Source: Nitrospinota bacterium (GTDB lineage Bacteria; Nitrospinota_A; JADGAW01). From it: DNA of 42,992 bases. Position 1 is the stretch's first letter. Each line of letters opens with the position of its first letter. The notes under the pieces are model-generated. The model was given only the letters and a program-made list of their open reading frames with translations, ran no database searches and was not told where the DNA came from. Position numbers and translations under genes: made by a program. This document shows, in pieces, positions 1 through 9,974 of the stretch. Location: contig JADGAW010000002.1 of NCBI GenBank assembly GCA_015231815.1, positions 1 to 42,992 on the forward strand. Reading direction: 5' to 3'.

Positions 1-831
1 CTTTTGCAAAACAAATGCTCTGGGATCTTTTACCTTATAAATCCTGTGACCAAGTCCGCTGAGAGGTTGTTTTTTTGCTAATTTATCCATAATATAAGGT
101 TCCGCATTTTCCGGGCTTCCTATTTCCATAAGCATTTTAATGGCTTCTTCTGCTGCTCCACCATGTAAAGCACCGCTGAGACTCCCAATTCCTGCAGTGA
201 TTGCTGTATAAATATCCGCCAAGGAAGAACCAACATTTCTACAACAAAAGGTTGAATTGTTAAAGCCATGGTCAGCGTGAATAATCATTAGAGAGTTAAT
301 GATTTTTTCTACAATGGGGTCGGGTTCTTTTTCGTGAAGCATCCAGTAAAAATTGGCGCAAAAAGAAATATCGTTTCTTGGTGCAATAATTCTGTCACCA
401 TTAAGGATACGGTATATAGCCGCAACCATTGTTGGAAGCTTTGCAACAAGCCTTACTACAGATTGATACCGTACATCTTCGTCCAGAACGTCATCCACGG
501 GGTAAAAAACACCCAGCATCCCTGAAGCTGCCTGCAAAAAGTTCATAGGGTGGGGATGTGAAGATTTTGCGCATTCCCACATAGCATTTTCCATCGGAAC
601 TTTGAGGCGGGTGTGAAAGGTAACATCCCTCGTGAACTTCTCCAGTTCTTCAGGCTTTGGTAAATCGCCAAACAAAAGCAGGTAGGCTGTTTCAAGGTAT
701 GTACTGTTAAATGCAAGGTCATCTATTTGAATACCTCGGTAACTCAGTTTCCCAATGCCTCCTTCTGGTAAGCTTATTGAAGATTCGTCAACGATGAGTC
801 CGGCCATTCCTTTTTTTAATTCTTCCGTCAT
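1..831 (-). CDS. gltA: Citrate synthase family protein (5' part; runs off the window edge)
   Basis: Not in the ORF track; translated by hand from ATG at 831 with AGGAG RBS: MTEELKKGMAGLIVDESSIS...GKLSYRG...HADHGFNNSTF...SLSGALHGGA...GLGHRIYKVKDPRA. These are citrate synthase motifs. 2-methylcitrate synthase is not excluded. Confidence 0.85.
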   Translation of the reverse strand, partial: MTEELKKGMAGLIVDESSISLPEGGIGKLSYRGIQIDDLAFNSTYLETAYLLLFGDLPKPEELEKFTRDVTFHTRLKVPMENAMWECAKSSHPHPMNFLQAASGMLGVFYPVDDVLDEDVRYQSVVRLVAKLPTMVAAIYRILNGDRIIAPRNDISFCANFYWMLHEKEPDPIVEKIINSLMIIHADHGFNNSTFCCRNVGSSLADIYTAITAGIGSLSGALHGGAAEEAIKMLMEIGSPENAEPYIMDKLAKKQPLSGLGHRIYKVKDPRAFVLQK

Positions 832-874
832 TGTTCGCTCCTAGAAAAAGTTATTGGTTTATAGGTAAAACCCC

Positions 875-2002
875 TTATTTATTACCATTCTGGTACACTA
901 TTTTACCTGTTATCTTAAGGTCAGGTGCTAATTTTATAATATTCACCTCTGATAAAACAGGGGTATTGACTAAATCTTCAAAACCTTCTCCATCGATAAT
1001 TCCTCTGGCGTTCTTTCCAGCAATTATTTTAGGAGAAAGGTAAAGGATTTGTTCATCAATGAGTTTTTGATTGAAAAAGTTCCAGACAGTATTTCCGCCT
1101 CCTTCGATAAGCACCGAAGCAATATTTTTTGTATATAAATAGTGACAGAGTTTTTTCAGGTTAAATTGCCCTTTATTATTTGTTTCGCAAGAAAAAACCT
1201 CAAACCCCTTATTTTTGACTGCTGCAACATCTTTTTTTGTTGTTTTCTTTTCTGAATAGATAAAAATTGTTTCGTTTAAGGGCTTAATTCTCTCTAAAGT
1301 ACAGTTTTTAGGAAAAGAGAGGTTAGCGTTGAGAATTATGCGTACTGGATTTCTTGTTCTTTTTCCTGTAAGTCTCGTAGTGAGTTGTGGATTATCTAGA
1401 AGAAAGGTCTGTTTTCCCACAAGAATTGCGTCAACCTGATTACGGAGTTTATGTCCGTCAATTCTCGATTTTTCCGATGTAATCCACTGAGACTTTCCTG
1501 TGGCGGTGGCTGTCTTTCCGTCAATACTTGCGGCAGATTTATAGATAAAATAAGGACGTTTTTTTTGTATAAAACAGGAAAAATATTTAATTAATTCATC
1601 ACACTCCTTTTTAAGAATACCAGAAACAACCTTGATATTGTTCTCTTCCAGAAAGACAGTACCGGAACCTTTAACGTCGGGGTTTGGGTCTATTGAACCA
1701 ATAAAAACTTTTATAATTCCTGCTTTAATAATTGCTTCAGAACAAGGACCGGTTTTTCCTGTGTGGTTACAAGGTTCGAGGGTCACATACAGCTCTGCTC
1801 CTTTTGGAGATTCAGTACAATTATTTATTGCATGAATTTCTGCATGAGGTTCACCTGATTTTTGGTGGTAACCTTTTCCAATTATTTTGTTTCCTTTGAC
1901 AATTACCGCCCCCACAGGAGGGTTTGGTGATGTATAGCCCATTCCCTTATAGGCAAGTTTAATTGCCTGCCTCATGTAACGGTTGTTTTCTTTATTTGTC
2001 AT
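875..2002 (-). CDS. ribD: Bifunctional riboflavin deaminase/reductase RibD
   Basis: PNPPVGAVIV, Zn motifs HAE and TLEPCNH...PC, reductase motifs DGKTA, SQWITS, DNPQLT, IEGG. Confidence 0.97.
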   Translation of the reverse strand: MTNKENNRYMRQAIKLAYKGMGYTSPNPPVGAVIVKGNKIIGKGYHQKSGEPHAEIHAINNCTESPKGAELYVTLEPCNHTGKTGPCSEAIIKAGIIKVFIGSIDPNPDVKGSGTVFLEENNIKVVSGILKKECDELIKYFSCFIQKKRPYFIYKSAASIDGKTATATGKSQWITSEKSRIDGHKLRNQVDAILVGKQTFLLDNPQLTTRLTGKRTRNPVRIILNANLSFPKNCTLERIKPLNETIFIYSEKKTTKKDVAAVKNKGFEVFSCETNNKGQFNLKKLCHYLYTKNIASVLIEGGGNTVWNFFNQKLIDEQILYLSPKIIAGKNARGIIDGEGFEDLVNTPVLSEVNIIKLAPDLKITGKIVYQNGNK

Positions 2003-2053
2003 CGTTCTGAGTTTTTATCTAAAAAAAAATATATTAGCATTGTATCTAGCTTC

Positions 2054-3172
2054 TTACTGCACTTCAGTGTTAAGAAGTTTATTTATTAACGTGAGAAGTT
2101 TTTTTCCACTTGTTTCCCAGCTATATTTTTTTGCTATTGATTGTAAATCACTACTTTCCTCATCTTTAACAGGTAACGAACTGAGGTAACCTAAAAGCTC
2201 CTTATTATTTTGTACAGAAAAATAGGTAAATTTACTTTCACCTATTTCCTTAAAGACCGGAATATCTGAGCAATATACGGGTGTATTTGCAGCAGCAGCT
2301 TCTAAGAGAGGAATTCCAAACCCTTCATACTTGGAGGGAAGAATAAAGGCTTGAGCCAAATGAAAAAATATTGGCAGCTCATTTGGTGCAACAAAACAGG
2401 TGAGAATTACCTTTTTTTGTTTCTGAAGTTCCAACAATTTTGCATAGGTTTTATCAGATTTCCAGCCCTTATTGCCAACAATAACCAATGGCATTTTTAT
2501 CGCTTCATTTTCCAGAACTGCTACAAGAAAATCAAGGTTTTTTCTTGGCTCAATTGTGCCAACAAAGAGTAAAAAGTTTTGAGGAAGAGAATATTTTTGT
2601 GTAGCAGCGTTTTTTTCTTCTTGTGACGGCTTAAGGTAAAAACCTTGAGATACTGCTGGTTCAATAACCTCAATTCTTTCCGTGGTAAAAGGGAATCTTT
2701 CATTGATTTCGGTTAAAACCGATTTTGAAATCGTTATCAGGTGGTCTGCTCTTTTCGTTGACCAGATGATGGAAAACCAATTATAAATCCTAAATGTTAA
2801 TGGCATGGATTCAGGACATAAAAAGGATGTTAAATCAAAAACTACCGCTATGGTTATACAGGGAAGTTTCCTCATGGGTAGTCGAAAGGGAGATGAAATA
2901 TAGAGAGAAATATTCAATTCCTTAAGAAGTGATGGAAGTTTAAAGTTTTCATAAAGCTCATTTTCGGGGTGTTCGTCTATTCCAACATTAACCGGAATGA
3001 GGTTACCCATATCATTGTTACCGACATCGAATTGGCAAGGTTCATTCACAAAAAGGTAAACACAATATTGATTGTTTACCTTTAAGAATTCACTAACAAT
3101 ATTGTATGTCCAATTTCCAATACCGGTGTTTTGTTTTGTAATTGCCCGGCAATCGATTGCAATATTTTGCAT
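2054..3172 (-). CDS. Glycosyltransferase family 4 (GT-B, mannosyltransferase-like)
   Basis: IAIDCR...TGIG N-terminus, VGTIEPRKNL, PSKYEGFGIPLLEA (Ex7E). Confidence 0.93.
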   Translation of the reverse strand: MQNIAIDCRAITKQNTGIGNWTYNIVSEFLKVNNQYCVYLFVNEPCQFDVGNNDMGNLIPVNVGIDEHPENELYENFKLPSLLKELNISLYISSPFRLPMRKLPCITIAVVFDLTSFLCPESMPLTFRIYNWFSIIWSTKRADHLITISKSVLTEINERFPFTTERIEVIEPAVSQGFYLKPSQEEKNAATQKYSLPQNFLLFVGTIEPRKNLDFLVAVLENEAIKMPLVIVGNKGWKSDKTYAKLLELQKQKKVILTCFVAPNELPIFFHLAQAFILPSKYEGFGIPLLEAAAANTPVYCSDIPVFKEIGESKFTYFSVQNNKELLGYLSSLPVKDEESSDLQSIAKKYSWETSGKKLLTLINKLLNTEVQ

Positions 3173-3253
3173 GTAGACTCATTAATAAGTTGAACTCTTT
3201 ACTTTAACCTTCGCTATTATAGTAAATTTGCTCATTTCATTAAGTGTTAACAA

Positions 3254-3269
3254 CGGTATGGTATTGGCA
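3254..3269 (+). promoter_or_regulatory. Possible sigma54 (-24/-12) promoter ahead of the glycan operon
   Basis: CGGTATGGTATTGGCA has GG and GC at the spacing of TGGCACG-N4-TTGCW, with several mismatches, ~80 bp upstream of ATG 3348. Confidence 0.2.
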
Positions 3270-3347
3270 AGGAGTTTTCTTTCTTTTAACGGTTGTATAA
3301 TAGGGTCGTTTCACATTTTTCTCCTTTTATATAAGAAGCGTATAACG

Positions 3348-3896
3348 ATGAGTTTACAAACAGCTCTTGATTTAGGGTGTGGTCTTGAAAAGGCTGAAGG
3401 AGCAATTGGCGTTGATATTTTTCCTTTAGAGGGAGTAGATGTTGTTCATGACCTGAATCAATACCCTTATCCTTTTGAGGAAAATCAGTTTGACCGAATT
3501 ATTCTCAGTCATGTTGCAGAGCATATTATGGATTTGGTCTCCTTCATGGAGGAAATCTACAGGATTGCAAAACCAGATGCAGTTTTAGAAATACATTCTC
3601 CTCACTACTCTTCTTGTAACGCCTATATTGACCCAACGCACCTTCATTATTTCTCGTTGATGACCTTTGATTTCTTCTGCGGGGACACAAAGCATGGTTA
3701 TATTGTGAAATCAAAATTTTCTGTGGTTAAAAGGGATGTTGAGTTTTGGCCACTTCACGATAAGCTTAAGTGGGTTCCCTATAATTGGTTAGGTCCACGG
3801 TGGTTGGCTCGAAATCATATAGTTTTATATGAAAGGTTTTTTGCTTTTATTTTTCCCTTAAAAGAATTTTCTGTTTATTTGAAGGTTATTAAATAG
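3348..3896 (+). CDS. Class I SAM-dependent methyltransferase (glycan-locus type)
   Basis: Motif I LDLGCG follows directly on the ATG at 3348 (preferred over TTG 3228); also DVVHDL, SHVAEH, DPTHLHYF. Confidence 0.88.
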   Translation: MSLQTALDLGCGLEKAEGAIGVDIFPLEGVDVVHDLNQYPYPFEENQFDRIILSHVAEHIMDLVSFMEEIYRIAKPDAVLEIHSPHYSSCNAYIDPTHLHYFSLMTFDFFCGDTKHGYIVKSKFSVVKRDVEFWPLHDKLKWVPYNWLGPRWLARNHIVLYERFFAFIFPLKEFSVYLKVIK

Positions 3897-3983
3897 AGCC
3901 AAGCAGAAAAATTTTGTAACGACAGTTTATCAAAGAGGGTAGGCGTTTAATTCTACTGCTTTAATCATCATAAGAAAAAGAGC

Positions 3984-5102
3984 ATGAAAATCGGCATTGA
4001 TTGCAGGTCTCTCAGGGATTCTCAAACATCCGGCATTAACACATACCTGAAAAATATGGTTAGAATTTTGGGTGAACGTGATACGGAAAATGAATATATT
4101 CTTTACTGTCACAAAGACTTCGACTTTACATTGCCAAATCAGCGTTGGAGTAAAAAGACAGGAGCAATAACTCAGTTTGGCAATCTTTGGTTACACCTTG
4201 AACTTCCTTTTTGGTTACAAAAGGACAGGATTGACCTTTTTTGGGGAGCATTACAGCTTCTTCCCATCTCTTTACCATCAAATATTAAAGGTGTTATTAC
4301 CCTCTACGACCTTGTTCCTTTTATTTACCCGGAAACAATGTCAAATAAAAATCTTCTGGCAAATAAAATGTTTTTGTCAGCTTCTCTTAAAAAGGCGAGG
4401 GGAATAAACACCATTTCTGCTTCAACCTTACGTGACTTACAGGAACGTTTTAACCTTGAGGATAAGTTGGTTAAAGTTACTCATTTGGGGGTTTCAGACA
4501 ATATCAGACCGCAAAACCTTATAACTGCTCAGAAAAGGGTAAAGGAACTTTACTCAATTTCAAAACCTTATATCTTAACGGTCGGGACGTTAGAGCCAAG
4601 AAAGAATGTTTTGGGAACTCTGAAGGCATTTGAGCAGGTAGCTGATAAAATCCCACATCACTTGGTAATTGCTGGTGGTTCAGGATGGAAAAACAGTACC
4701 ATCGCACAAAGCATAAAGGAAAGTTCATTTAATGAAAGAATTCATCTAGTGGGTTATGTTGAAGATGCAGACCTTGCAGATGTCTATAGTGCAGCCAGCT
4801 TATTTATATTTCCTTCTTTTCACGAAGGATTTGGAATTCCTCCTCTCGAGGCAATGGCATGTGGTGTTCCTGTAGTTGCTTCAAACAGTTCATCGTTACC
4901 TGAGATATTAGGCGATGCAGCGGTTTTAGTTGACCCACATAATACCGAGAGTATTTCCGAGGGAATAATGAAAATATTGGAAGACCCTACAGCTCCAGAA
5001 GAATATAAAGAGAAGGGGCGTTTAAAAGCATCCGCCTATCGGTGGGAAAAAACAGCGGATGAGCTTCTATCTCTTTTTAATGAATGCTCATCAATAAATT
5101 AA
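3984..5102 (+). CDS. Glycosyltransferase family 4
   Basis: [36 protein letters not shown]. Confidence 0.94.
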   Translation: MKIGIDCRSLRDSQTSGINTYLKNMVRILGERDTENEYILYCHKDFDFTLPNQRWSKKTGAITQFGNLWLHLELPFWLQKDRIDLFWGALQLLPISLPSNIKGVITLYDLVPFIYPETMSNKNLLANKMFLSASLKKARGINTISASTLRDLQERFNLEDKLVKVTHLGVSDNIRPQNLITAQKRVKELYSISKPYILTVGTLEPRKNVLGTLKAFEQVADKIPHHLVIAGGSGWKNSTIAQSIKESSFNERIHLVGYVEDADLADVYSAASLFIFPSFHEGFGIPPLEAMACGVPVVASNSSSLPEILGDAAVLVDPHNTESISEGIMKILEDPTAPEEYKEKGRLKASAYRWEKTADELLSLFNECSSIN

Positions 5103-6094
5103 TATTAGCAATGTTAGTCGCACTTACCAATAAAACCAGCATTTTTTTACGAAAGATAAGGGGAAAAATCAATGAACGAAAAGGAGAAAAGGTTGCTAAC
5201 AATCCATTTTCAATATTTAATGTTGAATTGACAAATAAGTGTCCCATGAGTTGTATTATGTGTCCACGAACAAATAATATGACCCGTAATGAAGGCTTTA
5301 TGAATTTTGAACTTTTTAAGAAAGTAGTTGATGAATTTACAGAAAAAAACCCTAAAGCATGTGACGGTGAGTTTTGGTTGCATCATTTCGGTGAAAGTTT
5401 GATGCATCCTGGTTTCCCCATATTTATTGAGTATGCTATTAAAAAAGGCTTAAAAGCTTCTATCTCAATAAACCCCATAATGCTTAAGAAGGAAATCGCT
5501 ACCAATTTGCTTAAAGCAAATCCATCTATGATTTATCTCTCGCTTGACGGACATGATGATGGTTCATTTGAAAGAATCCGTGGATTAAAAAACTCTTATA
5601 GGAAATCAAAAGAATATCTTCTCAACTTTCTGGAAATTAAAAAGAGTCTTGGAGTTAAAACAAAAGTATTGCTTTCCATGATAGATTTTGACCAAAATAA
5701 GGAAAGTATTCAGCAAACGAAGAAATATTGGGAAAAGATTGATGGAATAGATGAATTCCTTATTAAAGAGTTTGTAAAGTGGGATGGTAAAGCAGCAGAC
5801 GTGAATCAACTTGTTAATGACAGTAAGCGAGTAAGGAACAAAAGCAAGAAGGTCGTATGTAAATTCCCTTGGAAATCGATGACCGTTACGTGGGATGGAA
5901 ATGTTGTTCCCTGTTGTTACGATTACAACAATAGATATATACTGGGGAACGTTGAAAAACAAACCCTTTCTGAAATATGGAACGGTGAAAAAATGCAGTT
6001 ATTACGGGAAGAATTTATTCATAATGACGTAACAAACACTTTATGCTCGGACTGTGAAATGCTTTACTCCAACAAAAGTTTTTCAATACTTTAA
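5084..6094 (+). CDS. Radical SAM protein with SPASM/twitch domain
   Basis: CxxxCxxC (CPMSCIMC) and C-terminal CKFPW...DGNVVPCCYD...LGNV...LSEIWNG...CSDC. Alternative start at 5111. Confidence 0.92.
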   Translation: MLINKLILAMLVALTNKTSIFLRKIRGKINERKGEKVANNPFSIFNVELTNKCPMSCIMCPRTNNMTRNEGFMNFELFKKVVDEFTEKNPKACDGEFWLHHFGESLMHPGFPIFIEYAIKKGLKASISINPIMLKKEIATNLLKANPSMIYLSLDGHDDGSFERIRGLKNSYRKSKEYLLNFLEIKKSLGVKTKVLLSMIDFDQNKESIQQTKKYWEKIDGIDEFLIKEFVKWDGKAADVNQLVNDSKRVRNKSKKVVCKFPWKSMTVTWDGNVVPCCYDYNNRYILGNVEKQTLSEIWNGEKMQLLREEFIHNDVTNTLCSDCEMLYSNKSFSIL

Positions 6095-6106
6095 TTGATA
6101 GCAATA

Positions 6107-6934
6107 ATGTCAACTATTTTAAGCCAAATGTATAACGAATTACGTTGTCAGTTTTTTATCTTAACGGGTAAGAAACCTTTTAGTAAAGGATATCCAGCCT
6201 ATAAAGACCGTGAAATTATCAAGGTAATCAAAAATGACTCCTTTAGCCTGAAACGTTTACCAAAAGGCTTTGGTTACCGAGTTGATGAAAGAATTATTGA
6301 ATATCCTTGGCTTTTGTCCCGACTTAAAGAGCAGCAGGAGCTTTTGCTTGATGCTGGTTCTGCTTTAAATATTGATTACATTCTTTCTCATCCAGTTCTT
6401 GAATCAAAAAAGATATTTATTTCAACATTGGCTCCTGAAGAGAACTGTTTTTGGAAAAGAGGTATTTCCTATATATATCAGGACTTAAGAAGTACCTGTT
6501 TTCAGGATGAATATTTTGATTCGGTGGCGAGTATTTCAACCTTAGAGCATATTGGACTTGATAACAGCCGGTATATAAAAAGTTCAAAAAATGGTGTGGA
6601 GAAAACATCCGGGTCATATATTGAAGCCGTTAAAGAAATTCATAGAATACTTAAGGTTGGAGGAAAATTATATATAACTCTTCCCTTTGGTGAATACAAA
6701 AACCATAGTTGGTTTCAGATTTTTAATGCTGAAATGATCGACGAACTAATTGGTGCTTTCCAACCAAAATCCTGTATTGAGAGTCATTTTCGCTACCAAG
6801 CAGATGGTTGGAAGGTTTCTTCAAGGGAGGATTCAAAAAATGCTCAATACTTTGACTACAATACACAAAAGGAATTTGACGAAAACTTTACTGTAGCAGC
6901 AGGAGCATTGGTTTGTCTGGAGTTTGTGAAATGA
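6107..6934 (+). CDS. SAM-dependent methyltransferase-like protein (glycan-locus type)
   Basis: [47 protein letters not shown]. Confidence 0.82.
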   Translation: MSTILSQMYNELRCQFFILTGKKPFSKGYPAYKDREIIKVIKNDSFSLKRLPKGFGYRVDERIIEYPWLLSRLKEQQELLLDAGSALNIDYILSHPVLESKKIFISTLAPEENCFWKRGISYIYQDLRSTCFQDEYFDSVASISTLEHIGLDNSRYIKSSKNGVEKTSGSYIEAVKEIHRILKVGGKLYITLPFGEYKNHSWFQIFNAEMIDELIGAFQPKSCIESHFRYQADGWKVSSREDSKNAQYFDYNTQKEFDENFTVAAGALVCLEFVK

Positions 6935-7503
6935 TAAAAAAAATCAAAAGATTTTTGGCCAAACGAAAACATAATCTTGATAGAAGCGTTCTTTGGTTTG
7001 ACTCAGCAGTTATTTACAATAATTGCGGTAATGCTGATGCAATACAAATTGGCTGCAATAGTTCTATTAAAGGGGAATTGCTAACTTTTGGTCATGGTGG
7101 AAAAATTACTATAGGTGAGCATTGTTTTATTGGAGAACAGACAAAAATATGGTCAGCTATAGATATTTCCATTGGTAATCGGGTTCTTATTGCGCATAAT
7201 GTAAATATCTTTGATAATGATACACATCCTCTCTCTGCAGAGGAAAGACATGAGCAGTTCAAAGCAATTATGACTACAGGGCATCCAAAGAAAATCAATT
7301 TACAGGAAATTCCTGTAAAAATAGAAGATGATGTCTGGATAGGTTGTAACGTAATTATTTTAAAGGGGGTAACGATTGGAAAAGGTGCTGTAGTTGGTGC
7401 TGGAAGTGTAGTTGTTAAGGATGTGGCATCAAATAGTGTTGTTGCCGGAAATCCTGCAAAATCTATTAGGGTTATTACCTCAAAAGAATCACTAGCAGAA
7501 TAA
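6931..7503 (+). CDS. Hexapeptide-repeat (LbH) sugar O-acyltransferase
   Basis: [38 protein letters not shown]...VAGNPAK. ATGA overlap with the upstream stop supports the 6931 start. Confidence 0.92.
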   Translation: MIKKIKRFLAKRKHNLDRSVLWFDSAVIYNNCGNADAIQIGCNSSIKGELLTFGHGGKITIGEHCFIGEQTKIWSAIDISIGNRVLIAHNVNIFDNDTHPLSAEERHEQFKAIMTTGHPKKINLQEIPVKIEDDVWIGCNVIILKGVTIGKGAVVGAGSVVVKDVASNSVVAGNPAKSIRVITSKESLAE

Positions 7504-8750
7504 TGACCTTTCGTAAATCTCTCATCAGGGTATCTTCTGAAAGTCTTTCAAGAATTTCAGGGCTCTTAGTAGTTCTCGCATTTTCAAGAATTTATGGCGT
7601 TGAAAATTTTGGTATTTTCAGTATTTGTAATGTTATTGCAATGGGGGTTGTCATAATTTCTGATTTCGGAGCCGGGCTATATCTTATTAGCAACCTTGGT
7701 GGTGATGAAAAGAAAGTAAATAGGCAGTTTCATTACATTATTCCTTATAGGTTTATTTTTAATTTAATCCTTGGTTGGGGAAGTTGGCTTTTTTTTTATT
7801 TTTCCGGTTATAACGATGAATGGTTATTTATTCTTGCTTTCATGCTTATTTGGCAAATTGCTCTAGGCTGGGTTGAATTTATTGGGTATGCTTTTTTAGC
7901 AAGTGGAAAGGTTTTTCAGGATTTTTTCATTAAATTAATTGCCAAAGTAACGATTTCTATAATTCTCATTTACCTTATTTGGAACGGTTTACAGTTCGTT
8001 TCTGCCCTTCAATTTGCTGCTGCTGGAACTTTAATTGGGGTTCTTTTTTCCTTTATTCTATATTATAGGAATTTTTCTCTATCAGGTTTTTTTGCCAGTG
8101 GGGAAGATAAGAAGGAATTATGGATAAAATGCAGCCCGCTTTTTGTTTGTGCTTTTGCTTCTTTTGCCTGTTCCCGCAATGACTTTCTTATTTTGCAATG
8201 GGCGGGAATAACCGAGGTGGAACTTGGACTTTTTGCTTCTGTTGCTCGATTGCAAGATATGATGTTGCTTTTTGTTATATTTTTTATGGAGGCATTTTCT
8301 GTAAAAATGAGCAAACATTTTCATGAAAAAGATGCAGAGCTTCAAAAGAAATGGACTTTTCTTATTCTTTCCTTTGGTGTAGCAGGGGTTTTTTTCGCAA
8401 CTCTTCTCACTATTGATCCATACTGGTTATTGGAAAAACTTTTTGGTCAAGGATTTTCTGATGGGGGGTGGATTCTCGCTATCTGGGCTTGGAGAATACC
8501 ACTTGTTTTTATGAGACTTACTGCTCAGTATGGAACTGCAACTCTCCATGCTCAAAAGGAATCAGCACAATTAACATTGGCAGCGATGGCATTCAGTGTA
8601 GTTTGTAATATTGTTGTGGTAAAGATGTATGGTGTTTTAGGGGTAGTTATTGTTGGGTTTGGAGTGGAAGTTCTTATATTAACTGCCACAATATTTGTTG
8701 TAAGAAAAAAGTTAAAAGACAACTCTATTGAGATGGCCAGACTTCAATAA
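7503..8750 (+). CDS. wzx: Wzx/MOP-family oligosaccharide flippase
   Basis: Polytopic hydrophobic 415 aa; SRIYGVENFGIFS, SDFG, RNDFLIL, ELGLFASVARL. TAATG coupling to the acyltransferase. Confidence 0.82.
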   Translation: MTFRKSLIRVSSESLSRISGLLVVLAFSRIYGVENFGIFSICNVIAMGVVIISDFGAGLYLISNLGGDEKKVNRQFHYIIPYRFIFNLILGWGSWLFFYFSGYNDEWLFILAFMLIWQIALGWVEFIGYAFLASGKVFQDFFIKLIAKVTISIILIYLIWNGLQFVSALQFAAAGTLIGVLFSFILYYRNFSLSGFFASGEDKKELWIKCSPLFVCAFASFACSRNDFLILQWAGITEVELGLFASVARLQDMMLLFVIFFMEAFSVKMSKHFHEKDAELQKKWTFLILSFGVAGVFFATLLTIDPYWLLEKLFGQGFSDGGWILAIWAWRIPLVFMRLTAQYGTATLHAQKESAQLTLAAMAFSVVCNIVVVKMYGVLGVVIVGFGVEVLILTATIFVVRKKLKDNSIEMARLQ

Positions 8751-8779
8751 ATGGCTTAATCTATAACTCAATTAAAAAC

Positions 8780-9964
8780 GTGGAAATAACGTATAAAAAA
8801 ATTACAGAAAAAATGTTTGAAAATCCAATAACAAACTCTGGAAAAACTCCAATAATGATTGTTATTACTGCAATCATAATTCTTCAAGTCATTTCATTAC
8901 GTCCTTACAATTACAATATGTCTGCGGCATTAAAAATAGATGCCCACCTTGATCCAATACCTGAATTCTGGCCTAAAGGTTTTGTTATTTATGAAAAAGG
9001 CGGCTATGACGGAATGTACTATTATTATGTTGCCAACGATCCTTTATATACAAAGAAAAAGCTTCATAACCCGTACCGTTACCAGAGAATTTTTTTCTCC
9101 GTATTGACTAAAATTATTGCGTTAGACAACAATAAAGTTTTTCCCTCTGTTATGTTTGGAATTAATCTCTTTTTTCTGGGTTTGGGGATGGCTTTTGTCA
9201 TGAAAATTCTGGAAAAATACAAAAAAAATCGTTGGTGGGTTCTTCTTTATGGTTTGTCTCCCCCAGCGATTATGACCACCATGGATCTCATTCCTTCCAG
9301 TGTAAGTGTCTCTTTAGGAATTATTGCGATTTATTATCTTATAGACAATAGAATTAAGATTTCTGTTGCATGTTTTGCTGTTGCAATGCTTACCCGAGAG
9401 GACGCAGTTCTTGTTTTTCTTGTCGTTCTTTTATGGGATTTCTGGGAAAAAAGAGATTTTTCCCGTTCAACGTTTCTTGCCATCTCTATTATTCCTTTTC
9501 TTGCATGGCATTTTTATATCTTTAATAGTGTTGATGGAACAGGGCTTGATACCTCTTCAGGGGTGATTTCTAAAATTCCATTTATCGGCATTTTTCACTA
9601 TTTTTTTTATGAAGCAGAGTTCAACGGAGTTATGGGAATAAAAAATGCGATTTCATTTTCATTTTTTATCTTTGTGATGTTTGCTGTCTGGTCATTATAT
9701 AAAACAAAAGCCTACCAAAATATTTACGGAATTATTACTTTAATTTACTGTATACTAACGGTTTTCACTGTTGCCTCACAATGGGATAATTTTAATGGTC
9801 TCAACCGGATGTTTTATAACATTTACCCTTTTCTCATTCTCTCATTTGCTGTAATTGGCGATAGAAGAATGAAGCCAGTAGTTCTCTTAATTGGAGGTTA
9901 CTCCCTGTTAACATTTATGAGAATCATCTTTATTCACCCTGTTTACCCCTATTTTCTTTCTTGA
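8780..9964 (+). CDS. GT-C-like polytopic membrane protein (resembles AZOBR_p60025-type surface glycopolymer proteins)
   Basis: GYDGMYYYYVANDP...YRYQRI loop after TM1, LTRE motif, many TM segments. Family name is from recall. Confidence 0.65.
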   Translation: MEITYKKITEKMFENPITNSGKTPIMIVITAIIILQVISLRPYNYNMSAALKIDAHLDPIPEFWPKGFVIYEKGGYDGMYYYYVANDPLYTKKKLHNPYRYQRIFFSVLTKIIALDNNKVFPSVMFGINLFFLGLGMAFVMKILEKYKKNRWWVLLYGLSPPAIMTTMDLIPSSVSVSLGIIAIYYLIDNRIKISVACFAVAMLTREDAVLVFLVVLLWDFWEKRDFSRSTFLAISIIPFLAWHFYIFNSVDGTGLDTSSGVISKIPFIGIFHYFFYEAEFNGVMGIKNAISFSFFIFVMFAVWSLYKTKAYQNIYGIITLIYCILTVFTVASQWDNFNGLNRMFYNIYPFLILSFAVIGDRRMKPVVLLIGGYSLLTFMRIIFIHPVYPYFLS

Positions 9965-9974
9965 GCGAAAGATA

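Noticed and set aside
2003-2053. FMN riboswitch before ribD (and TPP riboswitch before thiL)
   Set aside because: The ribD leader is ~50 nt without conserved motifs, and thiL overlaps thpR.
3897-3983. JUMPstart/ops element in the glycan operon
   Set aside because: AGGGTAGGCG does not match the ops core GGCGGTAG.
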